This document shows, in pieces, positions 10,206 to 21,469 of a stretch of DNA of 64,000 nt. Below the pieces are notes generated by a model that saw only the letters and a list, made by a program, of their open reading frames with translations, ran no database searches and had not been told where the DNA came from. This stretch comes from Candidatus Bathyarchaeota archaeon (GTDB taxonomy: Archaea; Thermoproteota; Bathyarchaeia; Bathyarchaeales; Bathycorpusculaceae), in assembly GCA_963733095.1 (NCBI GenBank), contig CAVTBV010000007.1, positions 96,001 through 160,000 of the forward strand, read 5' to 3'. The position numbers and the translations under genes were made by a program. Position 1 is the first letter of the stretch; each line of letters starts with the position of its first letter.

Positions 10206-11925
10206 TTGAAGAATGCCCGAAAACTAATATTTTATATCTCAATTGTTGCTTCGTTCTTCTTGCTCTTCGGTTATCCTTTTTTTAGGATTAGTTATGCGCT
10301 ATATTTTGAGCCTAATTCTGGGCCGCCCGATATTATTAGCATGCTCCCATTGTCTTATTGGTTTTTTACTGCGCTCGTTTTATCTTTTGTAATAATTCAA
10401 ATTGTTTTCGCAAAAAGTAAATTTGAAATTAAGTTAGAAAAGTTGTTTCTCACCATTTTTGTACCGTGGATGATGTACGGCTCTCTTCCCATAAGCCAGT
10501 TTTCGTCAATTTTTACGATTAATGATGCGGTTGTACATTTAGCTAATGCTGAAAACATAATTTTGAATGGTGGTGTCCATTATCCAGCTTCTGGGTATCT
10601 TCAGTTTCCAGGGACTTTTCAGATGGCTGCTATCATTGGAAACTTTATTGGAGTAACCAAAGGAGCATCATTTCTTGACCTAGGTATTATTCTTAATACG
10701 ATATTTGTTTTGCTTATTTCTTTGTTTTTGTTGATTATTGGTCAAAGAATGTTAGGCCCCAGAAATGGGTTTATTCTTCCGATTCTCTATTTTCTTGTAA
10801 ATACTGGTTTTTTCAAGCAGTTTTGTCCTCAAAACTTTGCTTTACTTCTTTATTTTTTTGGCATTTTTGTTTTTTTGGTTTTGGGCGAAAGCTATATTAA
10901 GTCAAGATACACAACCGGCATTCTTTTACTTACCAGTTTTGTTTTATCAATTACTCATCCTATTACGAGTGTGTATTTTATTGCAACTTTCTTCGGAGTC
11001 TACTTAGGTCAAAAACTGTTTAAGAGAAAAATCGGGGTAACTATTTCAAAAAAATTTCTTCTATGCACAACAGGAATATTGATTGCTTGGTGGGTTTTTT
11101 TTGCAACGAAAATTTTGAAGCTCTTATAAGCTCCCTCTTTTATTTGTTTCAAGCTGGGATCCACTCACCAATCAGTCTATTAAGCCCACCACTCTCCTCA
11201 TTTTTCTCGGTATTCCTTTCATTTTTTACAAAAAGCTTTCAATTCCTTATGGCTGGTGCTGCTGTTGTTGGATTAATCTATGTCTGGCGCAGGCGAAAAA
11301 CAAAAGCTGTTCCATTCGTGTTTTTTGAGTTTCTTATAGGTCTATTAATCATAAGTATTTTCCCGCTTCTTCTTTTCACGGGTTTGTGGTCCGATCGTGC
11401 TTTACAATTTGCTTATTTTCCTTTGTGTGCTTTAGCCATATACGGTTTTGAAACATTATCTCATCTAATTGGTAAAAGAATCCAATTTACTAAGAACTTG
11501 AGAACACTGGGGCTTTGCTTAATTATAGTAATTCTTCCTTTGCTTTTATTTACCATCATCAACTTGATTCATACGAAAATGTTTTAAGTTCAGATTTTTC
11601 TACCACTGCTTTCTTAATAAATTTCAGTCTTCAAACTGTGCCTGTAGCCCTCCCTTGGAGTAACGGAGGATATGCTACTTATTTCTATCAGGATCCTGCA
11701 ATTGCGGACATTCAAATATCTCACTCTCCCAGCTCACTTACCCAACCCTACATATTTGTGGCATGGCTGAGCAATCCTCAAGTGATTGTTTTTTCACTCA
11801 AAGAAATTCGCAGTTTTGAATATGTTGGAGCAGTCAGCAACGATTACAATAATAGAATTTCTTACCTGAACGGGTCTTCCACTTGGAACGAGTATATGAC
11901 AATCGTTTTAATACAGTATATGTAG
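10206..11925 (+). pseudogene. Multi-pass membrane protein of glycosylation locus (GT-C/polymerase-like), frameshifted
   Basis: Three consecutive overlapping hydrophobic ORFs; DAVVH, YLQFPG and THPITS motifs. Confidence 0.6.
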
Positions 11926-12164
11926 CATCCAGCTTGGCAAATGATACTTACCCCCTTGTTTAGGTGCTGCAATTTAATTCCTTGGGAATTAGATGAGTAA
12001 TGTAATAATGTTCCTTTTTGAAAATTGGCTGATTTGCTTTGAGACTTGAGCGCTATCAACAAAAAGGATTTTTCTTGGCGTTAACAAGAAATAGTCTATT
12101 AAAAATTAGTTGTCGCAGAGTACTTTTTATCGATTAATAGAATTTTGAGAGTTGTCATTACTTC

Positions 12165-13372
12165 ATGAAAATTTGCTTGGTTTCGATGGAATATCCTCCA
12201 GAGACAGGTTGGGGTGGTATTGGAACATATACCTATAATCAGGCGCATGCCCTAGCCAATTATGGGAATGAAGTGCATGTCATAGCACTTGGGATCGATT
12301 CTGGACGAGATTACCTTGACGGAAGCGTGAATGTACACAGAATAAAAACAATTAAAGTAATAAAAACTAAAAATCCTCACTTCTTTGGAGATTGCGTGGC
12401 TCACAGTCGTAAAGTATTTAAAAAGATAAAACAACTCAATTTAAACTTTGACGTCATAGAAATCCCTGAATGGCGAGCAGAAGGAATCGTAAGTGTTTTT
12501 CAAGATACGACTCCATTGATTACCCGTCTTCATACTCCGCTGTATTTGGTAAACCATTTTTCAGAAAAACAAAACACCTTTAAGACGCGTTTAATTGCAC
12601 TCAATGATAGTTTAGTGAATATTCTTGAAAGAAACCAAACTATGTACAGTATAGTATTACTGCCCCTACTGAGGCTCTTCGAAAAGAAGTTGCCAAGACT
12701 TGGAATATTGACCTTTCTCGCATAAGTGTAATTCCAAATGGCATTAACATTGAGAGAATTAGATCGGCCAGAATTGAAACAAATTCAATCGGATCGGAGT
12801 ACGTTATTTATATTGGAGGCTTGAAGCACGGAAAGGAGTTTGTTCTCGCCAAAGCTTTACCGGAAATATTTGCTAAATTCCCAAATCTGAAGGTGGTATT
12901 TGTGGGGATTGATATGCCTTATGGCAAGGGAACTATGAAAGAGCTGATTTTAAGAATCAATTCAAAATACACTCATAATATTATTTTTACCGGTTTTGTG
13001 ACAGAAGAAAATAAGTTTACATTAATTAGAAATTCTAAAATTGTGGTTTTGCCATCTATTTGGGAAGCTTTTGGATATACTTGTTAAGAATCAATGGCAC
13101 TAGGTAAAGCTGTAATAGCTAGTAATAATTCTGGTTTTGAAGAAATAATTGAAGACAATTCTTCTGGCTTTCTTGTTGAATCTGGAAATTATAAGGCATT
13201 GCAGAACAAAATAATTAGTTGCTTGGATTCAGCCGATCAACTTAAAATAGTGGAAAAAAATGCGGAGAAACGGGGAGAAGAATTTGACATCGTTAAGATA
13301 TCGCGAGAATCTATCAATTATTATGAAAAGATATTGAACATGTGCAAGAACCGCTATTCTAAGAATACTTGA
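12165..13372 (+). pseudogene. Glycosyltransferase family 4, frameshifted with in-frame stop
   Basis: MKICLVSMEYPP..GGIGTY and PSIWEAFG...MALGKAVIAS motifs; TAA at 13085-13087 interrupts the E-x7-E motif. Confidence 0.85.
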
Positions 13373-13613
13373 AACAAAAATTGTCAATAAAACCAGAGAA
13401 AAAGGGCTGACGAAATCCTTATATAGCTGCCTTAAAGAAAAAGAGATTTTCTTAACAAAGAGGCAAACAAAGGCAATTGAGATTGACAAAATAGCTTTGC
13501 TAAATCTTCAACTTAAATAAATAGACAAAGTCGTTTGATTAAAGTTTGCCTTATTCTATTACTTGGGTTAATAATCTATCAAAAGGCGATATCTTTTTTG
13601 TTAGAATATGAGT

Positions 13614-14288
13614 TCAGAGAATCCATCTTACATCTTCTTTGATAATTTTTGCTGGGATGCCAGCAACCAAACATGCTTTTGGAACATCTTTTGTGACAAC
13701 TGCCCCTGTGGCAACTACAACCCCCTCGCCTAGCCTAACACCTTTTAAGATTACTGCTCTACTACCAATCCAGACATGGCGACCAATGAAAACTGGTTTG
13801 GAGACAATAAAATCATCACGAATTATTCTATGAAAATCACTATCTCTTATTTCAACATCATATGAAATAAGTGAGTCGTCCCCAATAGAAATGTTATTTG
13901 CACAAATAATCTTGGAATCAGTTCCAACACTTATTCGGTCCCCAAATTCTAAAGTTGCATTTTTGTCAATAAGAATTTTGGCGCCATTCCCGACGCAAAC
14001 GGATCCGTTAACTATCATTTTGCTGTTCTTACGCATTTCGAAGGTGCTGGGATTGCGAGATGCGAAGCTGGTCTTGAAAGTTCCAAGACTAAACACACCT
14101 TTATTGATTATCCGCGCGCTTTTATCAACCGCCACTGCCGAGTTTCCATTCACTAACAAGCAGCTTAAGCCTTTGCCGTTGTCGCCTGCTCTTGTTCGAG
14201 AATAAACATACGCGCTCGTAAGAAATGTTCTTAAACCAATCCTATTAGAAATCATACCCCTCAGGTTTACTATAATCATATGATGCAT
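13614..14288 (-). CDS. Hexapeptide-repeat (LbH) O-acyltransferase
   Basis: DSDFH and VWIG...[23 protein letters not shown]...AGIPAKII motifs. Confidence 0.9.
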   Translation of the reverse strand: MHHMIIVNLRGMISNRIGLRTFLTSAYVYSRTRAGDNGKGLSCLLVNGNSAVAVDKSARIINKGVFSLGTFKTSFASRNPSTFEMRKNSKMIVNGSVCVGNGAKILIDKNATLEFGDRISVGTDSKIICANNISIGDDSLISYDVEIRDSDFHRIIRDDFIVSKPVFIGRHVWIGSRAVILKGVRLGEGVVVATGAVVTKDVPKACLVAGIPAKIIKEDVRWIL

Positions 14289-14386
14289 TCTTATCTTATT
14301 TCGGGTAGGTTTTTAAGTATTATCATGTAACGAAGTAGCAAATGTTGACTGATTATTTCTGATTACATTTTTGAGGGGAAGGTATT

Positions 14387-15220
14387 TTGTTGTACAAATT
14401 AATAAGAAGATTCGTTGGACCAGATCGAATGAAAATTAAACTTATCGGTCTAATCCGTTTGGCTAAAACAATGGAAATGAATCCGATGACTTTTACCCAC
14501 ATGTCTTACAATGATAAGGAAATGCTTTCACTTCTTGCCTCAGAATGTGGTTTCCCTTTGTCAAAGGACTTATTTAAGAAATATGCAGACCACGTTACTT
14601 CAATGGTCAGAATTGATAGTTATTCATTTATCACTCAAGATTATGAGGATTTTTATCACGCTTTGTTATTTTATGAAAAAGAAACGCTTGACTTTTCTTT
14701 GAAGAATTTGGCTGGCGGAGGAGTTTTTGTTGATGTAGGTGCCAATTTAGGTGGTTTTGCAGTAAGGTGTGGTAAAAAGGCAAGGTTATATGCCTTTGAA
14801 CCCGACCCAAGAAACTATGAATTACTAAATAGGAACATAAAACTAAATAACCTGACAAACTACAAAATTTTTAACAAAGTTGTTTCCAACAAAAAAGGAA
14901 AGGTAAACTTTTATAAATCAGCATTTCATGGCAGGAATAGTGTACTGAAAATTAACGAGGATGTGATCTCGGCTGAGTCAATTACCTTGGATTCCATTCT
15001 TGAAGCAGAAAGAACGATTGACATAATTAAGATAGATGTGGAGGGCGCCGAACTTTCTGTTTTAGAAGGTTCACAACAATCGCTCAGAAAAACGAAGTTT
15101 GTTATTGTTGAAACTTCAGATCCAATTGTTGAAAAGCTTTTATCCCCATTTATGTTTAATAGTGGATTTGAGTTTTTGAAAAAAAGTAATAATAACACCA
15201 TTTTTCTAAGAAAACAATGA
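14387..15220 (+). CDS. FkbM family methyltransferase
   Basis: FVDVGANLG, AFEPDP and IKIDVEGAE motifs. Confidence 0.92.
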   Translation: MLYKLIRRFVGPDRMKIKLIGLIRLAKTMEMNPMTFTHMSYNDKEMLSLLASECGFPLSKDLFKKYADHVTSMVRIDSYSFITQDYEDFYHALLFYEKETLDFSLKNLAGGGVFVDVGANLGGFAVRCGKKARLYAFEPDPRNYELLNRNIKLNNLTNYKIFNKVVSNKKGKVNFYKSAFHGRNSVLKINEDVISAESITLDSILEAERTIDIIKIDVEGAELSVLEGSQQSLRKTKFVIVETSDPIVEKLLSPFMFNSGFEFLKKSNNNTIFLRKQ

Positions 15221-15577
15221 ATTGGGATAATAGTTTGCTAAGTTTTACAATATTTTCATAGTTCTAAGATTCGTATAAATTTCTATTAGCCTAACCAGCG
15301 ATGCAACTTAGTAGTTTACCAAATTCTCCAAAAGTTTGGATTAGAATTTGTTGCTTCGACAATTAAAAGCGACAAGTTCGTAGAAAATAGAATTAGCTTG
15401 GTCCACAATAAATGCCTTTCGATGCCGCCAGCGGGACTTTGAAAAATTTGAGAACCTATTTGGAAGAACTTTTAGATATCTGACTACTCACAGATTATAA
15501 AGGGGCAATCAACCCAGCTTTTTTGTCGTCAACTAACTAAGCTTGAATATACTCTTATGCATACAGAAACATGGAAG

Positions 15578-16864
15578 TTATGGAGACTGGCAATATTGTT
15601 GCCAGAGCTCACCTCGTGCATTAAGAATTAGTACGTTATTCATCCAGTTTTGGTAATCAAGCAAACCTTGATTGTAAGAAGCCAAGTTATGCCCTAAATA
15701 GTCAGTTCCTATTGTATCAATGTCCCAAGTCCAGTATTGTGACCCAATTCCATTCTGAGCAAATATTTGCAAAGCGTCACTTGTGAATTGAAGATACGCA
15801 GGTTCCAGAGATGCATCATAATTATTCCACTGCTCACTGCCCCACTCCATAACGATAACGGGGAATCTTGCTGACATAGGTAAAATATCATTTTGAGTTA
15901 AATACTGCAGATATTCTGTTTTTGCCTGAACATATTTTCCCGCAATGTAGTCGTTTGCCCAATTCCAATTGCCTACTTGATAGGCCATGTATGCACCTTC
16001 GGCGGCATAAACAACATTGTTTTGTGGCAAAGGGTTGTTATACCAATCTACTAATGAGTTCCCCCAAGCCATCCCGTAAACGGCAACTAAAAGTTTCGGG
16101 TTTACTGCGTGAATTGCATCAACAGCTTGTGACGCGGCACTGCGCCAGATGCCAAAGAGGGTTGAATCAGCCATTTGATTTGAGCATGGTTCATTCAAGA
16201 TATTAAACATGCTCACAGTTGGATTGTTGATATAACGATTTGCGTAAAATTGCATCAAACCAATCCAACTCACATTAGGATAGTTACCATACCATTGCGC
16301 GCTTTGAGAAGATGGAGTCAATATCGTATTGAGAGGTGCATTAGGATTCTGCATTATTTTAAGCGCATCTTGATCTGCGACACCAACCATGTTCGGGTCA
16401 CCGTAATGAAAATCAAGAATAACATAGACATTGTGGGCTGCGGACCAGTTTACCACTTGGTCAATGATAGCAAAGTATGTTGGGTTGTACTGATACCAGG
16501 TAAGTGTTAGGCGTATGCTGTTACCTCCAGAGGCTTTCAAATAGGCAATTAGGTTTTCGTTCCAATTGCCGTTGGTGTAGGCGTTTAGTTGGCTCCAACC
16601 CCAATTCGTAGTTCCAATCGCAGCGCCTTTGAATATAAATTGCGATCCACTTGCGGTTTGAATTTGATTGCGATTCGTATGAAGCCATCCAAGTCCGAGT
16701 TCTCCTATGCTGCCCTGAATCGAAATTGTTTTTTGCGCGGTCATTTCAGTGGTGGCTGTGGTTGTGTTTGGTATAACTGTAACTATTATTGCTAAGAGAA
16801 GAATTAGAGCAGTATACTTTGGGGTCAAGCCATTCATCAATGTATATAGTTTATTAATACTCAA
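15578..16864 (-). CDS. Secreted glycoside hydrolase family 5 (cellulase family)
   Basis: N-terminal hydrophobic signal; NSIRL, VILDFH, LNEP (acid/base), VMEWG (nucleophile) and YWTW motifs. Confidence 0.88.
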   Translation of the reverse strand: MSINKLYTLMNGLTPKYTALILLLAIIVTVIPNTTTATTEMTAQKTISIQGSIGELGLGWLHTNRNQIQTASGSQFIFKGAAIGTTNWGWSQLNAYTNGNWNENLIAYLKASGGNSIRLTLTWYQYNPTYFAIIDQVVNWSAAHNVYVILDFHYGDPNMVGVADQDALKIMQNPNAPLNTILTPSSQSAQWYGNYPNVSWIGLMQFYANRYINNPTVSMFNILNEPCSNQMADSTLFGIWRSAASQAVDAIHAVNPKLLVAVYGMAWGNSLVDWYNNPLPQNNVVYAAEGAYMAYQVGNWNWANDYIAGKYVQAKTEYLQYLTQNDILPMSARFPVIVMEWGSEQWNNYDASLEPAYLQFTSDALQIFAQNGIGSQYWTWDIDTIGTDYLGHNLASYNQGLLDYQNWMNNVLILNARGELWQQYCQSP

Positions 16865-17257
16865 TAAATACTTTACTTGTTTGGACTACTTAGGCATTGC
16901 CTAAAAAAACAAGAATCCACATGGAACATCAGTGATTAGTGGTGATTACTTTTAACGGTAGGCTTTACAAAGGAGGACAAAGAGAATTTCCCGAACTATA
17001 GAAAGACTTGCATTAAAAAATTGAAAAGAATAATGTTGTTTGCAATACTCGTTTGTTACTCTGCCAATAAAAAATAAGAAAACTATTCGATGACTTTCAA
17101 GATGCGCCAACCGCAGATCTGGTATGTCTTAACAATAAAGTATGCATTGATAACGCAGTATTCGATAAGAAAAGACAACGAAACGTCATCAGAGCAAACG
17201 GAGTATTATTATAACAATAAAGTGCAAATAATCAAATCGCTTCATCAAAAAAAATAG

Positions 17258-17947
17258 TTGCAGGCAAATAACGTGACCAGTAACCAAACCACCAACGACC
17301 AAATCAAGCAACTCATACTTGATACTGTTAAGAAGCAGAAGCCCGAAACTTTAGAACAACTTATCTCCTTAATTCAAGAACACATCGCGATACTGCCAGA
17401 AAGAATAAATGACCTGCTTATTGAACTAGAAAATGAAGATCTCCTGCATTTCATCAACCCTGAACTGCCAACACCTACCTCAGCCAAAGCTTACATGTTC
17501 TCGCCAAAAGTCCTTTGGTACTGGATTACAATTATCTTTTCCTTCGCAACGATTTTAACCGTTTTTTCAATTCCAAATTCTGATTATCCATTAGTTTACT
17601 TGCGCTACGTATTGGGCTTTGTCTTCGTGCTTTTTCTGCCAGGTTACACTTTCACAAAGCTTCTCTTTTCAACAAGACTTCCTAAAATCGCCGTTTTTTC
17701 AACAAAAGGGCGAATTCAAGCAGATAGCCACAACTTCGAAACAATAGAACTCTTTTCGTTAAGCGTAGGTTTGAGTTTGGCGCTGTTACCTCTGTTAGGT
17801 TTAATTCTTAACTTTACTCCCTGGGGCGTACGACTTGCACCAATTACCTTCAGTCTACTTGCATTAACAATAGTTTTTGCAACATCCGCCGTCCTACGTG
17901 AATATCAGACAAGACTGAGGGTATCAAAATTATTGGCTAATGATTAA
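17258..17947 (+). CDS. DUF1616 family membrane protein
   Basis: LFLPGY, E...LSVGLSLA and LILNFTPWGVR motifs. Confidence 0.85.
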   Translation: MQANNVTSNQTTNDQIKQLILDTVKKQKPETLEQLISLIQEHIAILPERINDLLIELENEDLLHFINPELPTPTSAKAYMFSPKVLWYWITIIFSFATILTVFSIPNSDYPLVYLRYVLGFVFVLFLPGYTFTKLLFSTRLPKIAVFSTKGRIQADSHNFETIELFSLSVGLSLALLPLLGLILNFTPWGVRLAPITFSLLALTIVFATSAVLREYQTRLRVSKLLAND

Positions 17948-18149
17948 ATTAAACACTATTAACAAATCTACTGTTTATTCTCACAGCTTTAATAAAGAAG
18001 CACTGCAAAACACCGGTCTTCTTCTAACAGACAACAAACACTCCAAAACAGAAACTTGACTTGTCATAAAAATAAGATAGCTTTATTCAGCTTTCCCCAA
18101 AAAAGTGTGTGGAAAAAAAAATAAAAGAGAATTTTTGTTTGAATCAGCA

Positions 18150-18202
18150 TGTGCCGTTGTCCTTCTCCCAATAAGGAGACAGTGAGCATCTAAAACTAAC
18201 TA
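18150..18202 (+). repeat. Structured repeat, copy 1 of 3
   Basis: TGTGCCGTYRTCMTTCTC-N7-9-GAG...CTRA.C.TAAYTA, also at 36851 and 42462. Confidence 0.7.
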
Positions 18203-18646
18203 CGTTCAATCTAATTGATCTGAAAGAAGAAAAAACAGCTCATATTCGACGAACTCTGCAAAAGACTGGATGGACTCAAAGCATAACATCATTCTTATCT
18301 TTTTCAGGTAAGAACACGTTTAGTAATGATATTTGAAACTGGTTTTCGCTGACCAGTCAGGCATGAAGCTTTAAACATTAAAAGCAATATTTCCCCTATG
18401 ATGCCTCATTAACAATTAAAAAAAGAACAGGTCGCTGTAAAAGCTCAAGGGCTCCTAATTCCCAAGCGCATTTTTACTTGTTTTTACTTCCATTGTTGGG
18501 ACTCGGGGGTAAATCACAAGTCGTCATCCCGGCTGTTTCGGTGTCTGACAAAGGTTTCTCTGACTCGGCATATCCAAGCACCTTCTAATTAGAGTCATTT
18601 TTAAAATTTTGCGTTAGAAAGAAATGTGGGAAATGGCTAAGAGATT

Positions 18647-19468
18647 CTATAACGTTTTGTTTTTAACCCAATTATGGAAATTTTGTACTGATTCTTTTGG
18701 TAAATCATCTCTGGCTCTCACTGGTAGCTGCAATCTTTCGCTAATCTTGATAGATAGAGCTTCATAGTTGAGTGGGTACAGCTGTTCTTTGAAGGTCCAA
18801 GAAAAACCCTTTCGCTGATTGACAAGTTGCTCGTATGGTTTTAGCCAGCGAGTGGCAAAAACAGGGGTTATTCCTAGGAAATTGCAGATTTCTAACTTTT
18901 TCTCTACTTCGCTTTTGTCTAAGACAGATAGGGTGTTTTTGACTTCAACGCCTATTGTCAATTTGCCTGAACAGTGGCGGGCAATTATGTCAAGGGTGTT
19001 TTCTGTTTTTGTCCATTTTTTATTTTGATATTCTTTTGTATGTTCTCCTTTTATTTTGAAGCCTTGAATCTTTAATTCCGATTGGACTAGTTGTTCAAGA
19101 TGTTCTCCGTAGAGCGTACACATTTTATGGTTGGAGTATTTATCGATTAGTTTGCAGGTTGATTTTATATGAGTATTTAGTAGATGGTTGGAGTCAGATT
19201 TATCGAGTTTTGAGTTATAGTAGAAACAAACCGTTTGCGTTTGGGTTCGAGCTTTTCTTCTTCGCAGTTTGCCTTCCTCCTCAAGCTGAGTTAGTGCTTG
19301 ATAGACTACATCGTCGGAAAGGTTGTCTTCATATATCGTTTGGATCTGTGTAAGATAGTACGGTTTTCTTTTTGCTCGTCCGATTTTGTCTTCGAAAAGC
19401 GGCATCACACAGAGCTTGGCTGTCTGAGTTTTAGAGTCACTGTTCTGCAACAAATTCACCGCTTGCAT
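18647..19468 (-). CDS. PD-(D/E)XK restriction-endonuclease-fold protein with N-terminal winged-helix-like region
   Basis: GEHLEQLV...QGF, LDIIA and GVEVKN (E...D...ExK) motifs; N-terminal YYL.QIQ..YE...VYQAL.QL...GKL. Confidence 0.75.
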   Translation of the reverse strand: MQAVNLLQNSDSKTQTAKLCVMPLFEDKIGRAKRKPYYLTQIQTIYEDNLSDDVVYQALTQLEEEGKLRRRKARTQTQTVCFYYNSKLDKSDSNHLLNTHIKSTCKLIDKYSNHKMCTLYGEHLEQLVQSELKIQGFKIKGEHTKEYQNKKWTKTENTLDIIARHCSGKLTIGVEVKNTLSVLDKSEVEKKLEICNFLGITPVFATRWLKPYEQLVNQRKGFSWTFKEQLYPLNYEALSIKISERLQLPVRARDDLPKESVQNFHNWVKNKTL

Positions 19469-19519
19469 TTTTCTGCTAGTTGCATGCTCGTTTCTCCATG
19501 TTCCCTATATAAATAATTT

Positions 19520-21469
19520 CTAATCAATCAAACCCCTACCAAATTTTAGCTGAGGTTGACGGCTTAGTTTTTCCCGGTTTATCCAGTAAAGATAGTTGCC
19601 ATCCGAATGCAAAGTTTTTCCGAGTAGTTCAGGGGTTACTGATTTTACTTTTATGAACGGTTGTTCGACGAATTCTTTGAGGTAGCCGATGAGGGATTGT
19701 TTGTCCTCAGCGTTTAGTTGATTGAAGTATTGGTTACAGTAGCTTTTTGATTTGGCCATTTGGAAATCAAAGTTGCGTTCTTTTAGGAAGTTGTTGATTT
19801 TTTTATCTATAGCGGTTTCTTCTTTTTTGTAGTCTACTCTTTTCATGCCAGCTCTTTCAAAGAATGGGTTGTATTTGGCCATGACTGCTAAGACCTCAAC
19901 TACTTTAGCTTCAGCTGTGGGTAGGGTATGCTTTACCAAGTATTCTCCTAGTCCAATTCCCCGAAACTTTGGATGGATAATAACTCGGCTTATTCGAGCC
20001 ACTTCATCATTGATTAGTTTTGCTTTATGCAAATCTCCAGGTGTAAACTTGTAGCGTTCCCCAAAAACCATGTTCCGAGGTTTAAGGTTCAAGTATGAGT
20101 TGGAATAGATGATAATTCCGATTAAGTTGTTGCCGCAGACAAGTTTGTAGCAGTTTCGCATTCTTAATTGCATGTTCTCTTTTTCGTTTGTGCTTCGGTA
20201 ATGGAAGCATTTTAACTTCTCGTAGTCTTCAAGGTCGCCTTCCTCAACAAGTATCGAGTCGAGCAGGCTGCACGGTTTAGCCGCAAATCTGTTTTTCTCT
20301 ACTGTAACATCTCCTTCAAAGCCCTTCCTAACCGTTATGTCAGGCTGAAAATCACCAAGTAAATCATCATGCGTGGTCGCAACAACCACAGTTTTCCCCA
20401 GCTTTCGAGCAAGCTTCTGCAAAGAGTAAGCGATTACCTTAGCCATAACACGGTCTAAACAACCGCAGAACTCATCAATCAACCAAACCTTCTTTTCTGT
20501 GCAATTAACGAGCTTAGCAAGCCGATAGCGGAATTTTTGACCATCGCTTAACTCCTTGAACTTACGCAGAAACATAAAAGCGTCATTCAACCCACATAAA
20601 CTCAGAATTTCAACAGCTTCCTTAACATCTTTACCAATACCTTCAACCAACGTCTCCTCAGGATCCACCGGAAAATCGCAAAGATCGATTGACTCTTCTC
20701 CAAAAAAGTTTTTAAAAGCCTTCAAAAGCAAAGATTTACCTCCTCCAGAATCACCCGTAACATAAATCAGATCGCCCCGTCTAAAATCAAGGCTAAAATT
20801 ATCAAATACCACAAACCGCTTAGTCTCGTCGATACCTAAGCCGAATGCTTCACAAACAGCCAAAGTCCGTTCTGAAATAGCTGCTTTAGTTGAGAATTCA
20901 ACGTTGCATTTTAACGTTAGAAGCTCGTCTGAATGCTCACCAGCAGGATTATGTATGTTGTTTTCAACTTTAGACTCGAAGCCTCCTGCAAGCCGTTTAA
21001 TATCGTCATCGCAGACGCTTGCTGGCTCACGAAGTCTGATCAAATTGTCAATACGCAAATCAGTCTCGTTAAGCAGAGACTTTAGTAGGCCGCGCTCGCC
21101 TTCGCTAATTATTCGGTAGTATTCTTCAGCATCTAGCAGTAAATCGTGTTCTCCGCGTAGCTTATTCATAACCTGTCTAATCAATCGTCTATCCACTTCG
21201 GAAACAGGCAACCGGACAACACTTACTTGTCGAATTCCAAGAGCTTTAGCAGCTTTGAGTCTGTGCTCGCCATCTGCAACCAGCAAATCCTTGTTAGTAA
21301 TGATGGGTACGACAAAGCCGAAGTGTTCAATGCTTTTCTTTAAAGCAGAGAAACGCTTGGGGGACAGCTTGTTGGGGTTGGCGCCATCTGTTTTTAACAA
21401 ATCAACAGAGACTAGTTCGGTTGGGGGGACAAATACTTCAATTTCTATAATAGGGGTCGTAGTGTTCAT
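19520..21469 (-). CDS. ParB/Srx-like domain fused to ABC ATPase and GNAT acetyltransferase (COG2401-like)
   Basis: ParB: NPN...SIEHFGFVVPII...DGEHRLKAA. ABC: GDSGGGKS, LSDGQ, WLIDEF, TTHDD. GNAT: HYR...RISRVIIHPKFRGIGLG...FFERAG. Confidence 0.9.
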   Translation of the reverse strand: MNTTTPIIEIEVFVPPTELVSVDLLKTDGANPNKLSPKRFSALKKSIEHFGFVVPIITNKDLLVADGEHRLKAAKALGIRQVSVVRLPVSEVDRRLIRQVMNKLRGEHDLLLDAEEYYRIISEGERGLLKSLLNETDLRIDNLIRLREPASVCDDDIKRLAGGFESKVENNIHNPAGEHSDELLTLKCNVEFSTKAAISERTLAVCEAFGLGIDETKRFVVFDNFSLDFRRGDLIYVTGDSGGGKSLLLKAFKNFFGEESIDLCDFPVDPEETLVEGIGKDVKEAVEILSLCGLNDAFMFLRKFKELSDGQKFRYRLAKLVNCTEKKVWLIDEFCGCLDRVMAKVIAYSLQKLARKLGKTVVVATTHDDLLGDFQPDITVRKGFEGDVTVEKNRFAAKPCSLLDSILVEEGDLEDYEKLKCFHYRSTNEKENMQLRMRNCYKLVCGNNLIGIIIYSNSYLNLKPRNMVFGERYKFTPGDLHKAKLINDEVARISRVIIHPKFRGIGLGEYLVKHTLPTAEAKVVEVLAVMAKYNPFFERAGMKRVDYKKEETAIDKKINNFLKERNFDFQMAKSKSYCNQYFNQLNAEDKQSLIGYLKEFVEQPFIKVKSVTPELLGKTLHSDGNYLYWINREKLSRQPQLKFGRGLID

